Shown: positions 20,402-29,492, counted from the first letter of the stretch. The stretch is 64,000 nt of DNA from Desulfatiglandales bacterium (GCA_963667015.2 CAXXJJ010000001.1:1152001-1216000); one strand, 5' to 3'. Numbers and translations: made by a program. Notes: a model not told the origin generated them from the letters alone.

Positions 20402-21574
20402 TTACCCCGCGATCCATCCATAGGTCATACCTGCTACTGTAGATAGCAGAACAATTATTACACAAAATACCGCTGTCTTTTTTGCTCCCATTACGCCACC
20501 GATCACCAGCATGTTAGGCAGAGAGAGTGCGGGACCTGCCAGAAGCAGTGAAAGGGCAGGGCCTTTTCCCATTCCGGCGCCGATTAATCCCTGAAGTATC
20601 GGGACTTCGGTAAGGGTGGCAAAATACATCAATGCCCCGGATACTGAAGCAAAGAGGTTTGCCCATATGGAGTTCCCGCCAACAAGCTGTTCTATGTACT
20701 GCTCCGGTATAAGGGCAGGATGACCGGGTCTTCCTAGCATGAAACCTGCTACAAGTACACCTGCACCCAGAAGGGGAAAAATCTGTTTCATGAATCCCCA
20801 TGTGGCCTCTACCCAGCTTATTCTTTCATCTTTGCTGAACCAGGCCTTGAGCATAAGTCCCAGAATAATGAGAAGGAATATTGTTATAACCCATTTGGCT
20901 GAAAAGATTGCTGCCCAGATACCTGTTGATCCCTCTGCCGGCCTGGCAAAGGCTGCAAAGATCAGTATTAAAACCATGGTAAGCATATAGAAGGCTTCCT
21001 GGGTGAGTGTCCGCCCTTTTTCTTCTTCATCAGGGAGATAAATCTGTCCGGCTTCCCTGGCTGCATCTTCCTTCCTGAAGATAAATGCCATTAAAAGACC
21101 GGTTATTATTGCAAACAGGACAGCTCCTATTGCCCTTGCAACCCCGAGCTGCCAGCCCAGTATTCGTGAAGTAAGGATAATTGCCAGTACATTTATTGCC
21201 GGGCCTGAATATAAAAATGCCGTTGCCGGACCGATTCCTGCGCCTCTCGTATAAATACCTGCAAATAAAGGAAGCACAGTGCATGAACAGACTGCCAGAA
21301 CTGCACCAGATACTGAGGCAACCGAATATGAAAGTATTTTGCCTGCCTTTGCCCCGAAATATTTGAGCACAGATGCCTGTGAGACAAAGACCGAGATAGC
21401 CCCTGCAATAAAAAAGGCCGGGATAAGACATGTAAGCACATGCTCCCTTGCATATTCCTGGAGCATCATAAAGGCTTCAAGGCCCGATCTGCGAACAACA
21501 TCACTGCCCCAGGGTATGTAATACGCTCCTGCAAAAATAAGAATTATTATTAATAGTTTGGTTCGTTCTTTCAT
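20402..21574 (-). CDS. ArsP/DUF318-family permease
   Basis: AVCSCTVLPLF, FLYSGPAIN, YFATLTEVP and GPALSLP; directly downstream of arsR. Confidence 0.88.
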   Translation of the reverse strand: MKERTKLLIIILIFAGAYYIPWGSDVVRRSGLEAFMMLQEYAREHVLTCLIPAFFIAGAISVFVSQASVLKYFGAKAGKILSYSVASVSGAVLAVCSCTVLPLFAGIYTRGAGIGPATAFLYSGPAINVLAIILTSRILGWQLGVARAIGAVLFAIITGLLMAFIFRKEDAAREAGQIYLPDEEEKGRTLTQEAFYMLTMVLILIFAAFARPAEGSTGIWAAIFSAKWVITIFLLIILGLMLKAWFSKDERISWVEATWGFMKQIFPLLGAGVLVAGFMLGRPGHPALIPEQYIEQLVGGNSIWANLFASVSGALMYFATLTEVPILQGLIGAGMGKGPALSLLLAGPALSLPNMLVIGGVMGAKKTAVFCVIIVLLSTVAGMTYGWIAG

Positions 21575-21608
21575 TGTATTGCCCGGTTAAGATTTTTCAG
21601 GTTAATGC

Positions 21609-21632
21609 ATATATTCCTATATGGCTATATAT
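21609..21632. promoter_or_regulatory. Candidate ArsR operator 2 (before the permease)
   Basis: ATATTCC-N6-GCTATAT; resembles the palindrome at 22009-22030. Confidence 0.5.
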
Positions 21633-21646
21633 TAAGGATAAAAAAA

Positions 21647-21991
21647 TTATTTATAGCAGACCTCTTCTCTGTTGATAAAAGGAATCCTGTTGCGGAGTTT
21701 TTCGATGTCTTCTTCGTTTTCAAGCCAGTGTTTCAGGTTGCCAAGAAGGCTTGCCACATAGGGAGATTCGCTTCCGTCTGAAAGGTAATAGTCGACCCAC
21801 TGACCATCCTTTTTTCTTAAAACAATACCAGCGTCTTCCAGTATTTTAAGGTGCTTGGAGACACTTGGCTGGGCGATCTGCAGGGCTTCTCTCATTTCGC
21901 ACACGCACATTTTCTTATGCTGAAGCATTTTAACTATTTTAACCCTGTTGGGGTCGGAAAGGGCCTTCATTACTTTTATAAAGTTTTTCAT
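21647..21991 (-). CDS. arsR: ArsR/SmtB transcriptional repressor
   Basis: KALSDPNR, MCVCE and QPSVSKHLKIL. Confidence 0.92.
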   Translation of the reverse strand: MKNFIKVMKALSDPNRVKIVKMLQHKKMCVCEMREALQIAQPSVSKHLKILEDAGIVLRKKDGQWVDYYLSDGSESPYVASLLGNLKHWLENEEDIEKLRNRIPFINREEVCYK

Positions 21992-22008
21992 AATATTTAT
22001 CCCTGGTT

Positions 22009-22030
22009 TATATTCCTTTTTGGGAATATA
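22009..22030. promoter_or_regulatory. Candidate ArsR operator 1 (autoregulatory)
   Basis: Perfect inverted repeat TATATTCC-N6-GGAATATA immediately upstream of arsR. Confidence 0.6.
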
Positions 22031-22089
22031 TGATTTTAGGTTAGCGATGTCAAGGGGGAGATATTAAAAAAGCAAAAAGATAAAACATG

Positions 22090-22212
22090 TATCTCGCAGA
22101 GCCCACAGAGTTCACAGAGAAAAACAAAAGACATTATAAGTTAAAAATAATAAAAAGCATTTCTCTGCGTTCTCTGTGAGCTCTAGTGACCGAAGGGAAC
22201 GGGCGAGAGATA
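22090..22212. repeat. MITE/REP-like inverted-repeat element
   Basis: AGAGCCCACAGAGTTCACAGAGAAA pairs with TTTCTCTGCGTTCTCTGTGAGCTCT around an A-rich loop; outer TATCTCGC/GCGAGAGATA. Confidence 0.5.
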
Positions 22213-22310
22213 TTCTTATCGTTTGGGTATTAAATTTATTAATGCGTGTCTTGACTTTATTAAACAATTAAAATAATTTCCTAAAAAACTGACCAAAAGG
22301 AGATATAATC

Positions 22311-22991
22311 ATGAAAGTTCTTTTTTTCGGACCAAACGGCAGCGGAAAAGGCACCCAGGGTGCGATTGTTAAGGATAAACTGAATATTCCCCATATTGAA
22401 ACCGGCGTTATATTCAGGGAGAACATATCCAAGGGGACCGATCTTGGCAAAGAAGCAAAGGGATATATAGACAGGGGAGAACTGGTTCCTGACAGCATTA
22501 CAATTCCCATGATCCTTGACAGGCTTAAAGCCGATGACACAACCAATGGATGGCTTTTAGACGGATTTCCAAGAAACCTTACACAGGCCGAGGAGCTTGA
22601 CAAGGCACTCAAGGCAGAAGGCATTACCCTTGATATCGTTATCGAAATGGTACTGGACAGACAGATTGCCAAAGACAGGATAATGGGCCGCCGTCTCTGT
22701 GAAAATGACAACAACCATCCCAATAATATATTTATTGATGCAATCAAGCCTGATGGCGACAAATGCCGTGTCTGTGGTGGCGGATTGAAAACAAGATCCG
22801 ATGATCAGGATGAAGACGCAATCGATAAAAGACATAATATCTATTACGACACAGAAACCGGTACAATGGCAGCTGTAAATTATTATAAGAAGCTTTCGGC
22901 AGATAATAATGGCGTTCCAAGAATAATTGAGCTTGACGGCAAGGCCGGCATTAAAGAAGTATCAGCAGATCTTTTGGGTAAACTTCAGTAA
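22311..22991 (+). CDS. adk: Adenylate kinase with Cys/His metal-binding LID
   Basis: GPNGSGKGTQ, LLDGFPR and LID motif C-x5-H-x15-C-x2-C. Confidence 0.95.
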   Translation: MKVLFFGPNGSGKGTQGAIVKDKLNIPHIETGVIFRENISKGTDLGKEAKGYIDRGELVPDSITIPMILDRLKADDTTNGWLLDGFPRNLTQAEELDKALKAEGITLDIVIEMVLDRQIAKDRIMGRRLCENDNNHPNNIFIDAIKPDGDKCRVCGGGLKTRSDDQDEDAIDKRHNIYYDTETGTMAAVNYYKKLSADNNGVPRIIELDGKAGIKEVSADLLGKLQ

Positions 22992-23029
22992 TTTCAATTT
23001 TTTTAAAAAAATTCCATTAGTTGTACACG

Positions 23030-23066
23030 CGCCCCGCGGTCCTGCTGCAGGGCGTTTTTTATTTTT
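23030..23066 (+). terminator. Intrinsic terminator after adk
   Basis: CGCCCCGCGG...CTGCAGGGCG followed by a T-run. Confidence 0.6.
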
Positions 23067-23289
23067 GAAGCGCGAGGTCTGATACCTCCTCCTTTGCGAT
23101 GGATTAATCATTATTCCTCAAAACCTCTTCAATGCGGTCCTCATACTGGCTTTTTGTTATCCTGAGCACTTTTTTATGTATTAAAAAGTGTAAAAGTATA
23201 TAAAAGTATACGCTAAAATTTATAAATTTATCTGTAAATTCACCTCTAAATATGCACCCTCAGCGGTTAGTAAGTAAATTAATATGATA

Positions 23290-23345
23290 AATCAAGTAGT
23301 TATAAATATTTTTAATTAAAAATCATAATTGGAACATAAATTGCT
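23290..23345 (+). promoter_or_regulatory. Sigma-54 promoter with upstream IHF site
   Basis: TGGAAC-ATAAA-TTGCT at 23330-23345; AATCAAGTAGTTA (WATCAANNNNTTR) at 23290-23302. Confidence 0.7.
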
Positions 23346-23359
23346 ATATAGGTAGGCAA

Positions 23360-23458
23360 GTCGCTTGATAAGGGCAAACCGTTCGAAAGGGCGGGACGCA
23401 AAGCCGATGGCCTAAGTTCTCAGTTAAAAGGGAATATGGTTGCAAGGTTGCCGGGCGG
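23360..23458 (+). ncRNA. c-di-GMP-I (GEMM) riboswitch
   Basis: AGGGCAAACCGTTCGAAAGGGCGGGACGCAAAGCC...GGCCTAA...ATGGTTGCAAGGTTGCCG matches the GEMM-I core; P1 pairing CGCTTG/CGGGCG. Confidence 0.92.
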
Positions 23459-23522
23459 ATTAGCACACTCCAGAGTGCTGATTTGGCCAAAGGCTAAAGC
23501 GGAAAATCTCGGAGGTGCTTAA

Positions 23523-24368
23523 ATGTCTTGCAGAAAAATCGATAGTTACTTCAGTTCCAGGATTCAGACCCTTTTAGTTTCTGTTTTTCTAATATTAATA
23601 TTTGCCGCATCAGCTTCCGCACGTGAAGTTACTCTCTCCTGGGATGCCAACAGCGAGCCAGATCTCGACCATTATGTTGTATACTGGGGAGTTATTCCGG
23701 GTGATTATTCCTACAATAGCGGTGATATCGGACTGGCTAACGATTTTTCAGTTGATATCCCGGATGATGGCCAGGCCTACTTTTTTGCAGTTACAGCAGT
23801 CGATGAAGCCGGACTCGAAAGTGACTATTCTAATGAGGTCAGCACCGATGGTACATCAGCCGCAGATCCGACAATCCATATCCTGCCTATCAACAGCAAC
23901 TGGAATTTAATTTCTATCTCCGGCGGATCAGGAACAACTGCAATTGAAGATGTTCTTGCACCGATAATGGAAAATGTAATCAGTGTATGGGCATATGAGA
24001 ATGGTTCATGGCTGGTCTATGACCCTGCAAATCCGGATTACAGTGATCTTCTTGAGGTAGAGCCCGGACAGGGTCTGTGGGTAAACATGAGTGTTGATTC
24101 AGAACTGTCAATTCCCGGGGAAATACCAACTGATGGTATTGATCTTTCAGAGGGGTGGAACCTTGTAGGCTTTAGTTCACCCGATTCCCTGGAAATATCT
24201 GATGCCATATATTCAATTGAAGAAAATGTTGTGAGTGTGTGGGCCTATCAAAATGGTCAATGGCTGATTTATGACCCTCAGAATCCTGATTACAGCGATC
24301 TTACAACAATGGATCCGGGTTATGGTTACTGGATAAAAATGAGTTCATCAAGTGTCTGGTCATACTAA
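23523..24368 (+). CDS. Secreted fibronectin-type-III protein with two tandem C-terminal repeat modules
   Basis: Signal peptide ending ASA; FN3 motifs VTLSWDAN...YVVYWG...YFFAVTAVD...ESDYSNEV; the module WNL...SVWAY.NG.WL.YDP.NPDYSDL...PG.G.W occurs twice. Confidence 0.8.
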   Translation: MSCRKIDSYFSSRIQTLLVSVFLILIFAASASAREVTLSWDANSEPDLDHYVVYWGVIPGDYSYNSGDIGLANDFSVDIPDDGQAYFFAVTAVDEAGLESDYSNEVSTDGTSAADPTIHILPINSNWNLISISGGSGTTAIEDVLAPIMENVISVWAYENGSWLVYDPANPDYSDLLEVEPGQGLWVNMSVDSELSIPGEIPTDGIDLSEGWNLVGFSSPDSLEISDAIYSIEENVVSVWAYQNGQWLIYDPQNPDYSDLTTMDPGYGYWIKMSSSSVWSY

Positions 24369-24413
24369 TATCTGGCTGTAATATAAAATAATATAAATTA
24401 CTTTCTTCCTTCA

Positions 24414-24453
24414 CTTCGGTCTTGAGAACATCATAGATATCTCAAGGCCGAAG
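24414..24453. terminator. Hairpin downstream of the FN3 gene
   Basis: CTTCGGTCTTGAGA...TCTCAAGGCCGAAG inverted repeat. Confidence 0.5.
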
Positions 24454-24627
24454 CGCATTTTAAACCCTGCCGGTTAAATGATTAATCATAAAATACAACG
24501 GTATTATTCTTTGTTCTTTTAAAGAATACAAAAATATGCTAACAAACATATGTTTTTGATAAGATTAGGAAAAATAAGGGGTAAAAGATAAGTTGGCATG
24601 TTTCGGGATCAGCCCCTGCCTGAAAAA

Positions 24628-24650
24628 TAAAAAGGGAGCATGCGCTCCCT
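24628..24650 (-). terminator. Terminator for tRNA-His
   Basis: Minus strand AGGGAGC-GCAT-GCTCCCT followed by a T-run. Confidence 0.6.
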
Positions 24651-24665
24651 GATATTTTAATTGAA

Positions 24666-24742
24666 TGGGGTGAGTGACGGGACTTGAACCCGCGGCATCT
24701 TGGGCCACAACCAAGTGCTCTGCCAGCTGAGCTACACCCACC
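24666..24742 (-). tRNA. tRNA-His (GTG)
   Basis: Reverse complement GGTGGGTGTAGCTCAGCTGGCAGAGCACTTGGTTGTGGCCCAAGATGCCGCGGGTTCAAGTCCCGTCACTCACCCCA; includes G-1 and encoded CCA. Confidence 0.97.
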
Positions 24743-24830
24743 ATATTTTTCCTACTCTATTTACCATGGTTTTTAAATTTTGCAACAAAAAGATGGAAAA
24801 TATTAATGATCAAGGAGCAGGTCGGGCAAT

Positions 24831-26249
24831 ATGACAGAAAACAGGGCAGAATTATTTCGAATGATACCGGCAGTGGACCGGCTGCTGGAGACCTCTGGAA
24901 TTAAAGATATATCAGATGAATATCCCAGAAAACTTATCCTCAGGGCGATCAATGAAATCCTGGCTGAAACGAGAAAAGGCATTGAAAAGGGAGAGATAAC
25001 AGGGGAGAGCAGTGCTATCGACCAGGGGCATATAATCGGTAAAATAAAGGAACGTCTTGAATTCCTTTCCCGATCCAGCCTGCGGAATGTTATCAATGCC
25101 ACTGGCGTTGTTATTCACACAAATCTTGGAAGATCTCTCCTTGCAGAAAGGGTAATAGAAAAATTCAGGGACATAAGCGGGGGATACAGCAATCTTGAGT
25201 ATGACCTGGAAAAAGGGAAAAGGGGAAGCCGCTATTCCCATGTTGAAGGAATCCTGAAAGAGTTAACTTCTGCCGAGGCAGCCATGGTTGTAAATAATAA
25301 TGCCGCAGCAGTCCTTATTACCCTCGAAACAATAGCAAAGGATCATGAGGCGATCGTATCCAGGGGCGAGCTTGTGGAGATCGGAGGATCTTTCAGAATC
25401 CCTGATGTCATGAAAAAAAGCGGTGCAACGATGGTGGAGGTAGGAACAACAAACAAGACCCATCTTAAGGACTATGAAGAGGCAATATCCCCTGAAACCG
25501 CCGCAATACTGAAGGTCCACAGGAGCAACTTTCAGATAGTAGGCTTTAACGAAGAAGTGGAAAGATCTGCCCTTGTGGAGCTAGGGCAGAAACATAATAT
25601 CCCGGTAATTGAAGATCTTGGGAGCGGTTCTTTTATAGATCTTTCAAAATACGGTATGGACTGGGAGCCGACCGTACAGCAGGTACTGGATGAAGGTGTG
25701 GATCTGGTAACCTTTAGCGGTGATAAACTTTTAGGCGGCCCCCAGGCAGGCATAATCCTCGGTAAAAGGGAACTGGTTGAAAAGATAAAGATGAACCAGC
25801 TTAACAGGGCTTTCAGAATAGACAAACTTACCCTTCTTGCCCTGGAAGAGACGCTCAATATCTACAGGGATGAACGAAAGGCCCTTGAGATAATACCCAC
25901 ACTCAGGATGATCTGCCAGTCACTCGAAAGCCTCAAGGCAAAGGCAGGCCGGCTTGCCAGGATGATAAAGCCTAAAGACGGGGATAATTTTAAGGTTGAC
26001 ACTGTAGACGGCACATCAAAGGTCGGGGGAGGCGCAATGCCCCTCATGGCACTCCATACGCGTCTTTTAAGACTCAGACCGGAAAAAATGACAGCTCATC
26101 ATATAAATGAAACACTTAAATCCTGTGATCCGCCCATAATTGTAAGGGTCGAGCAGGATAGCGTACTTCTGGATGTTAGGACCATACAGGATAGAGAGTT
26201 AAGAACTGTGGCAAAGGCTATAAATGAACTGAATTCGGCCAGTGAATAG
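24831..26249 (+). CDS. selA: L-seryl-tRNA(Sec) selenium transferase
   Basis: VINATGVVIHTNLGRS, VNNNAAAV, SRGELVEIGGSFRIPDVM and FSGDKLLGGPQAG. Confidence 0.96.
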   Translation: MTENRAELFRMIPAVDRLLETSGIKDISDEYPRKLILRAINEILAETRKGIEKGEITGESSAIDQGHIIGKIKERLEFLSRSSLRNVINATGVVIHTNLGRSLLAERVIEKFRDISGGYSNLEYDLEKGKRGSRYSHVEGILKELTSAEAAMVVNNNAAAVLITLETIAKDHEAIVSRGELVEIGGSFRIPDVMKKSGATMVEVGTTNKTHLKDYEEAISPETAAILKVHRSNFQIVGFNEEVERSALVELGQKHNIPVIEDLGSGSFIDLSKYGMDWEPTVQQVLDEGVDLVTFSGDKLLGGPQAGIILGKRELVEKIKMNQLNRAFRIDKLTLLALEETLNIYRDERKALEIIPTLRMICQSLESLKAKAGRLARMIKPKDGDNFKVDTVDGTSKVGGGAMPLMALHTRLLRLRPEKMTAHHINETLKSCDPPIIVRVEQDSVLLDVRTIQDRELRTVAKAINELNSASE

Positions 26250-26263
26250 GATATGGAGCCATT

Positions 26264-26845
26264 ATGAAAGATATTATTGATGATATCCTTCAGGAAAGTA
26301 TAAAGGTTAAGGAACAGTTTATCAGTGATTGCAGCGAGGACCTGATAATCCTTGCAAGAAAAATTGTCGTTTCATTTACCAGCGACAGAAAGCTGATGCT
26401 CTGCGGAAACGGCGGCAGTGCTGCTGATGCACAGCATATTACAGCGGGATTTGTAAATAAATTTGAAATGGATCGGCCGCCGCTTCCGGCTATTTCTCTT
26501 TCTACAGATACCTCTATTATTACATGCATTGGGGATGATCATTCTTTTAATGAAATATTCACAAAGCAGATAAAGGCCATCGGGCTTGAAGGTGATATTC
26601 TGCTTGCTATCAGCACGAGCGGAAATTCACAAAATGTTGTTGCCGCCGCCGAGACAGCCAGGGACATGGGTATTTATGTGGCAGGCATGACCGGAGGCAA
26701 GGGAGGCAAGCTGAAGGATGTCTCTGATATCTGCCTGACTGTCCCTGCCGACAGGACCGCCAGGATACAGGAATGCCATATGCTTGCAGGGAATATCCTG
26801 TGTAAGCTGGTGGATTATATCCTGTTCCAGGGCGGGGACGAATAA
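26264..26845 (+). CDS. SIS-domain GmhA/DiaA-family protein with DiaA-like substitutions
   Basis: CGNGGSAADAQH, ISTSGNS and RIQECH. The GmhA Glu65 and His180 equivalents are Gly62 and Asn177. Confidence 0.85.
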   Translation: MKDIIDDILQESIKVKEQFISDCSEDLIILARKIVVSFTSDRKLMLCGNGGSAADAQHITAGFVNKFEMDRPPLPAISLSTDTSIITCIGDDHSFNEIFTKQIKAIGLEGDILLAISTSGNSQNVVAAAETARDMGIYVAGMTGGKGGKLKDVSDICLTVPADRTARIQECHMLAGNILCKLVDYILFQGGDE

Positions 26846-26850
26846 AAAAG

Positions 26851-26879
26851 GGTCTACGGTTTGAGGTGTGCGGTAAACC
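26851..26879. repeat. Heptamer tandem repeat (GGTnnnn)
   Basis: GGTCTAC GGTTTGA GGTGTGC GGTAAAC; related arrays at 27793, 29346 and 34123. Confidence 0.55.
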
Positions 26880-27049
26880 CTTGAATAAGGCGTAATAATT
26901 ATTAAATTTTTAAATATTTAAATCGTTACCGGAAATTCTGACCCTGGTGTAAAAAACTTTACAACTCCGATTATGGATTTTATAAAGAGTTTCAGGTCTG
27001 TAATAAATATCTTTTACAGGCCGGATTGAGAATCGCAAGGAGAATTAAG

Positions 27050-27286
27050 ATGCCTATTTTTGAATATAAGTGCATGAAATGTAATGAAGAATTCGAGTGT
27101 ATAGTTCTGGGCGGGGATACTGTCACATGCCCTGAATGTAATACAAAAAAGGTAAAACGTAAAATGTCTGCCTGCAGTTTTAAGAGCGGTGGAAGCAGTG
27201 GCGGTGACTATTCTGCTCCCTCCAGTTCAGGTTCTTCATCAGGCTGTTCCGGGTGTTCAGGCGGCAGTTGTTCAACCTGCCATTGA
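27050..27286 (+). CDS. FmdB-family zinc-ribbon protein
   Basis: MPIFEYKCMKC...CPEC with a Ser/Gly-rich CSGCSGGSCSTCH tail. Confidence 0.85.
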   Translation: MPIFEYKCMKCNEEFECIVLGGDTVTCPECNTKKVKRKMSACSFKSGGSSGGDYSAPSSSGSSSGCSGCSGGSCSTCH

Positions 27287-27312
27287 TCCTCGATATAATT
27301 CAGGAGAAGTGA

Positions 27313-27792
27313 ATGTTCCGTATTGGTTTTGGATATGATGTCCATCGCCTGGTTGAGGACCGCAGGCTTGTGCTGGGCGGGATAGAGATACCCTGGGATC
27401 TTGGCCTGCTTGGCCATTCTGACGCCGATGTACTGGTTCATGCCATAATGGACGGTATACTCGGGGCACTGGGACGGGGAGATATTGGACGGCATTTCCC
27501 TGATTCCGATCCTGCCTTTAAGGATAAGGACAGCCTTCTGATGCTCCAGGATGTAATGCTGATGGTCAAGGATGACGGATACGCCATAAACAATATTGAC
27601 AGTACAATAGTTGCCCAGAAACCGAAACTGGCCCCCTACATTGACAGGATGAGGGAAAAACTTTCAGGCATACTTTATGTGGATATCGGCAGAATCAATA
27701 TAAAGGCGACAACTACCGAAGGTATGGGCTTTGCCGGCAAAGGAGAGGGTATGGAGGCATATTCGGTTGTCAGTCTGGCCAAAGTGTTTTAA
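27313..27792 (+). CDS. ispF: 2-C-methyl-D-erythritol 2,4-cyclodiphosphate synthase
   Basis: [24 protein letters not shown] and [10 protein letters not shown]. Confidence 0.97.
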   Translation: MFRIGFGYDVHRLVEDRRLVLGGIEIPWDLGLLGHSDADVLVHAIMDGILGALGRGDIGRHFPDSDPAFKDKDSLLMLQDVMLMVKDDGYAINNIDSTIVAQKPKLAPYIDRMREKLSGILYVDIGRINIKATTTEGMGFAGKGEGMEAYSVVSLAKVF

Positions 27793-27817
27793 GGTCTACG
27801 GTTTAGATAGGAATAAA

Positions 27818-29271
27818 ATGACAATTAAATTATACAACACAGCAACAAAGCAGAAGGAAGAATTTGTACCGCTTGTTGAGGGCAGGGCAGGGATATATGT
27901 CTGCGGTGTAACGGTATATGACCATTCCCACATCGGGCATGCACGGTCTGCAATCGTGTTTGACGTGCTTGTCAAATATTTCAGGGCAAGGGGAACGGAT
28001 GTTACATTTGTAAAAAATTTTACAGATGTTGATGACAAGATAATAAAAAGGGCCAATGAACTGGGAAAAGATCCGGCAGACCTGGCTCAGGAATATATTG
28101 ATTCCTTTTATGAGGATATGGATGCCCTGGGTGTAATGAGGCCGGATAAGGAACCAAGGGCAACAGAGTACATAGATGACATGATCGGTATGATACAGAC
28201 CCTAATCGATAAAGGTTTTGCATATGAGGCGGATGGTGATGTCTTTATTCGGTAGAAAAGCTTGATGACTATGGAAAGCTGTCCGGAAGAAAGATTGAGG
28301 ATATGAGGGCCGGCAGCAGGATAGACATAAACGATAAAAAACGGCACCCCATGGATTTTACCCTGTGGAAACCGGCTAAACCAGGAGAGCCCATGTGGGA
28401 AAGCCCATGGGGTAACGGAAGACCCGGGTGGCATATGGAATGCTCGGTAATGAGCAATCATTACCTTGGAGGCACCTTTGATATACACGGCGGAGGCAAG
28501 GATCTGCTTTTTCCTCATCATGAAAATGAAAGGGCACAGTCAAAGGCCGCCACAGGCCAGGAGTTTGCCAGGTATTGGGTGCATAACGGATTTTTGACCG
28601 TTGAATCGGAAAAGATGTCAAAATCCCTAGGGAATTTCATACTTATCAAGGATGCACTCCGGGATTATCATCCCGAGGTGTTAAGATTTTTCCTTCTGTC
28701 CAAGCAGTACAGGAGCCCCCTTGATTTTGCTAAAAAGGATGTCCAGGATTTTCAGGCCGGCCTTATCCGAATCTACCGGACACTCCAGAGACTTGAAGGG
28801 ATTATTGGCCCGGAGGAAAACAGTTCAGCTGATATTCAGGGGCTGATAGAGGGTGATCAGGATAATGAATTTATAAATAAATTTATTGCCCTGATGGACG
28901 ATGACCTGAATACTGCCGGTGCAATAGGCATTATCTTTGATAAGAACAAGGAACTGAACCGCATAATGGATGAGGCATTTGATAATCCTCCTGATTCTGT
29001 AAAAGAACAGCTGAAAGATGAAAGACAGGCGCTTTTAAATGCAGCAGCTGTGCTGGGAATTTTAACAAGTGATCCATCGGCATTTATTTCACAGATTGAA
29101 AAACCCTCTGACGTTGACGAATCAGAAATTGAAGACCTCATCAAACAGAGAACCGATGCAAGGACCCAAAAGGACTGGGCCAGGGCAGATGCCATAAGGG
29201 ATAAACTCCAGGGAATGGGGATAATACTGGAGGATAAAGCAGGGGTTACAACCTGGAGACGGGAAGTTTAA
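27818..29271 (+). CDS. cysS: Cysteine--tRNA ligase, split by a 1-nt frameshift at ~28244-28246
   Basis: [13 protein letters not shown] in the first frame; [23 protein letters not shown] and KMSKS in the second. Adding one T restores [18 protein letters not shown]. Confidence 0.93.
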
Positions 29272-29345
29272 GGGGGGGGGCTTGATTGTTTGATTGGCTT
29301 CGAAAGCCCTTTTCTATTCCTTCGATTAATCAGCGACAATCAGCA

Positions 29346-29420
29346 GGTTTATGGTTTGAGGTATGCGGTTTACGGAAATCCCGGATCGAAGCCGTACCGT
29401 AAACCGTAGACCGTATACCC
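29346..29420. repeat. Inverted pair of heptamer arrays forming a hairpin
   Basis: GGTTTAT GGTTTGA GGTATGC GGTTTAC GG ... CCGTAAA CCGTAGA CCGTATA CC. Confidence 0.6.
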
Positions 29421-29492
29421 AGTTAATTGAATGTTCTCACTCCAATTTTGAACATTTTTATTATTTCATTTTGCATCAATTAGGTACAACTC

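Noticed and set aside
22311..22991. Cys/His LID of adenylate kinase as a novelty
   Set aside because: This motif is already described for Desulfovibrio adenylate kinases.
23360..23458. 3',3'-cGAMP (GEMM-Ib) riboswitch variant
   Set aside because: The discriminating position is G (AGGGCAAACC), which matches c-di-GMP binders.
24666..24742. tRNA-His as an island integration site
   Set aside because: I noticed no duplicated tRNA 3' end and no integrase in the window.
28235..28260. Programmed ribosomal frameshift in cysS
   Set aside because: There is no canonical slippery heptamer or obvious stimulatory structure; a one-base homopolymer error is simpler.
29272..29280. G9 tract as a phase-variation switch
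   Set aside because: It lies just after the cysS stop, not in a coding region or recognisable promoter.
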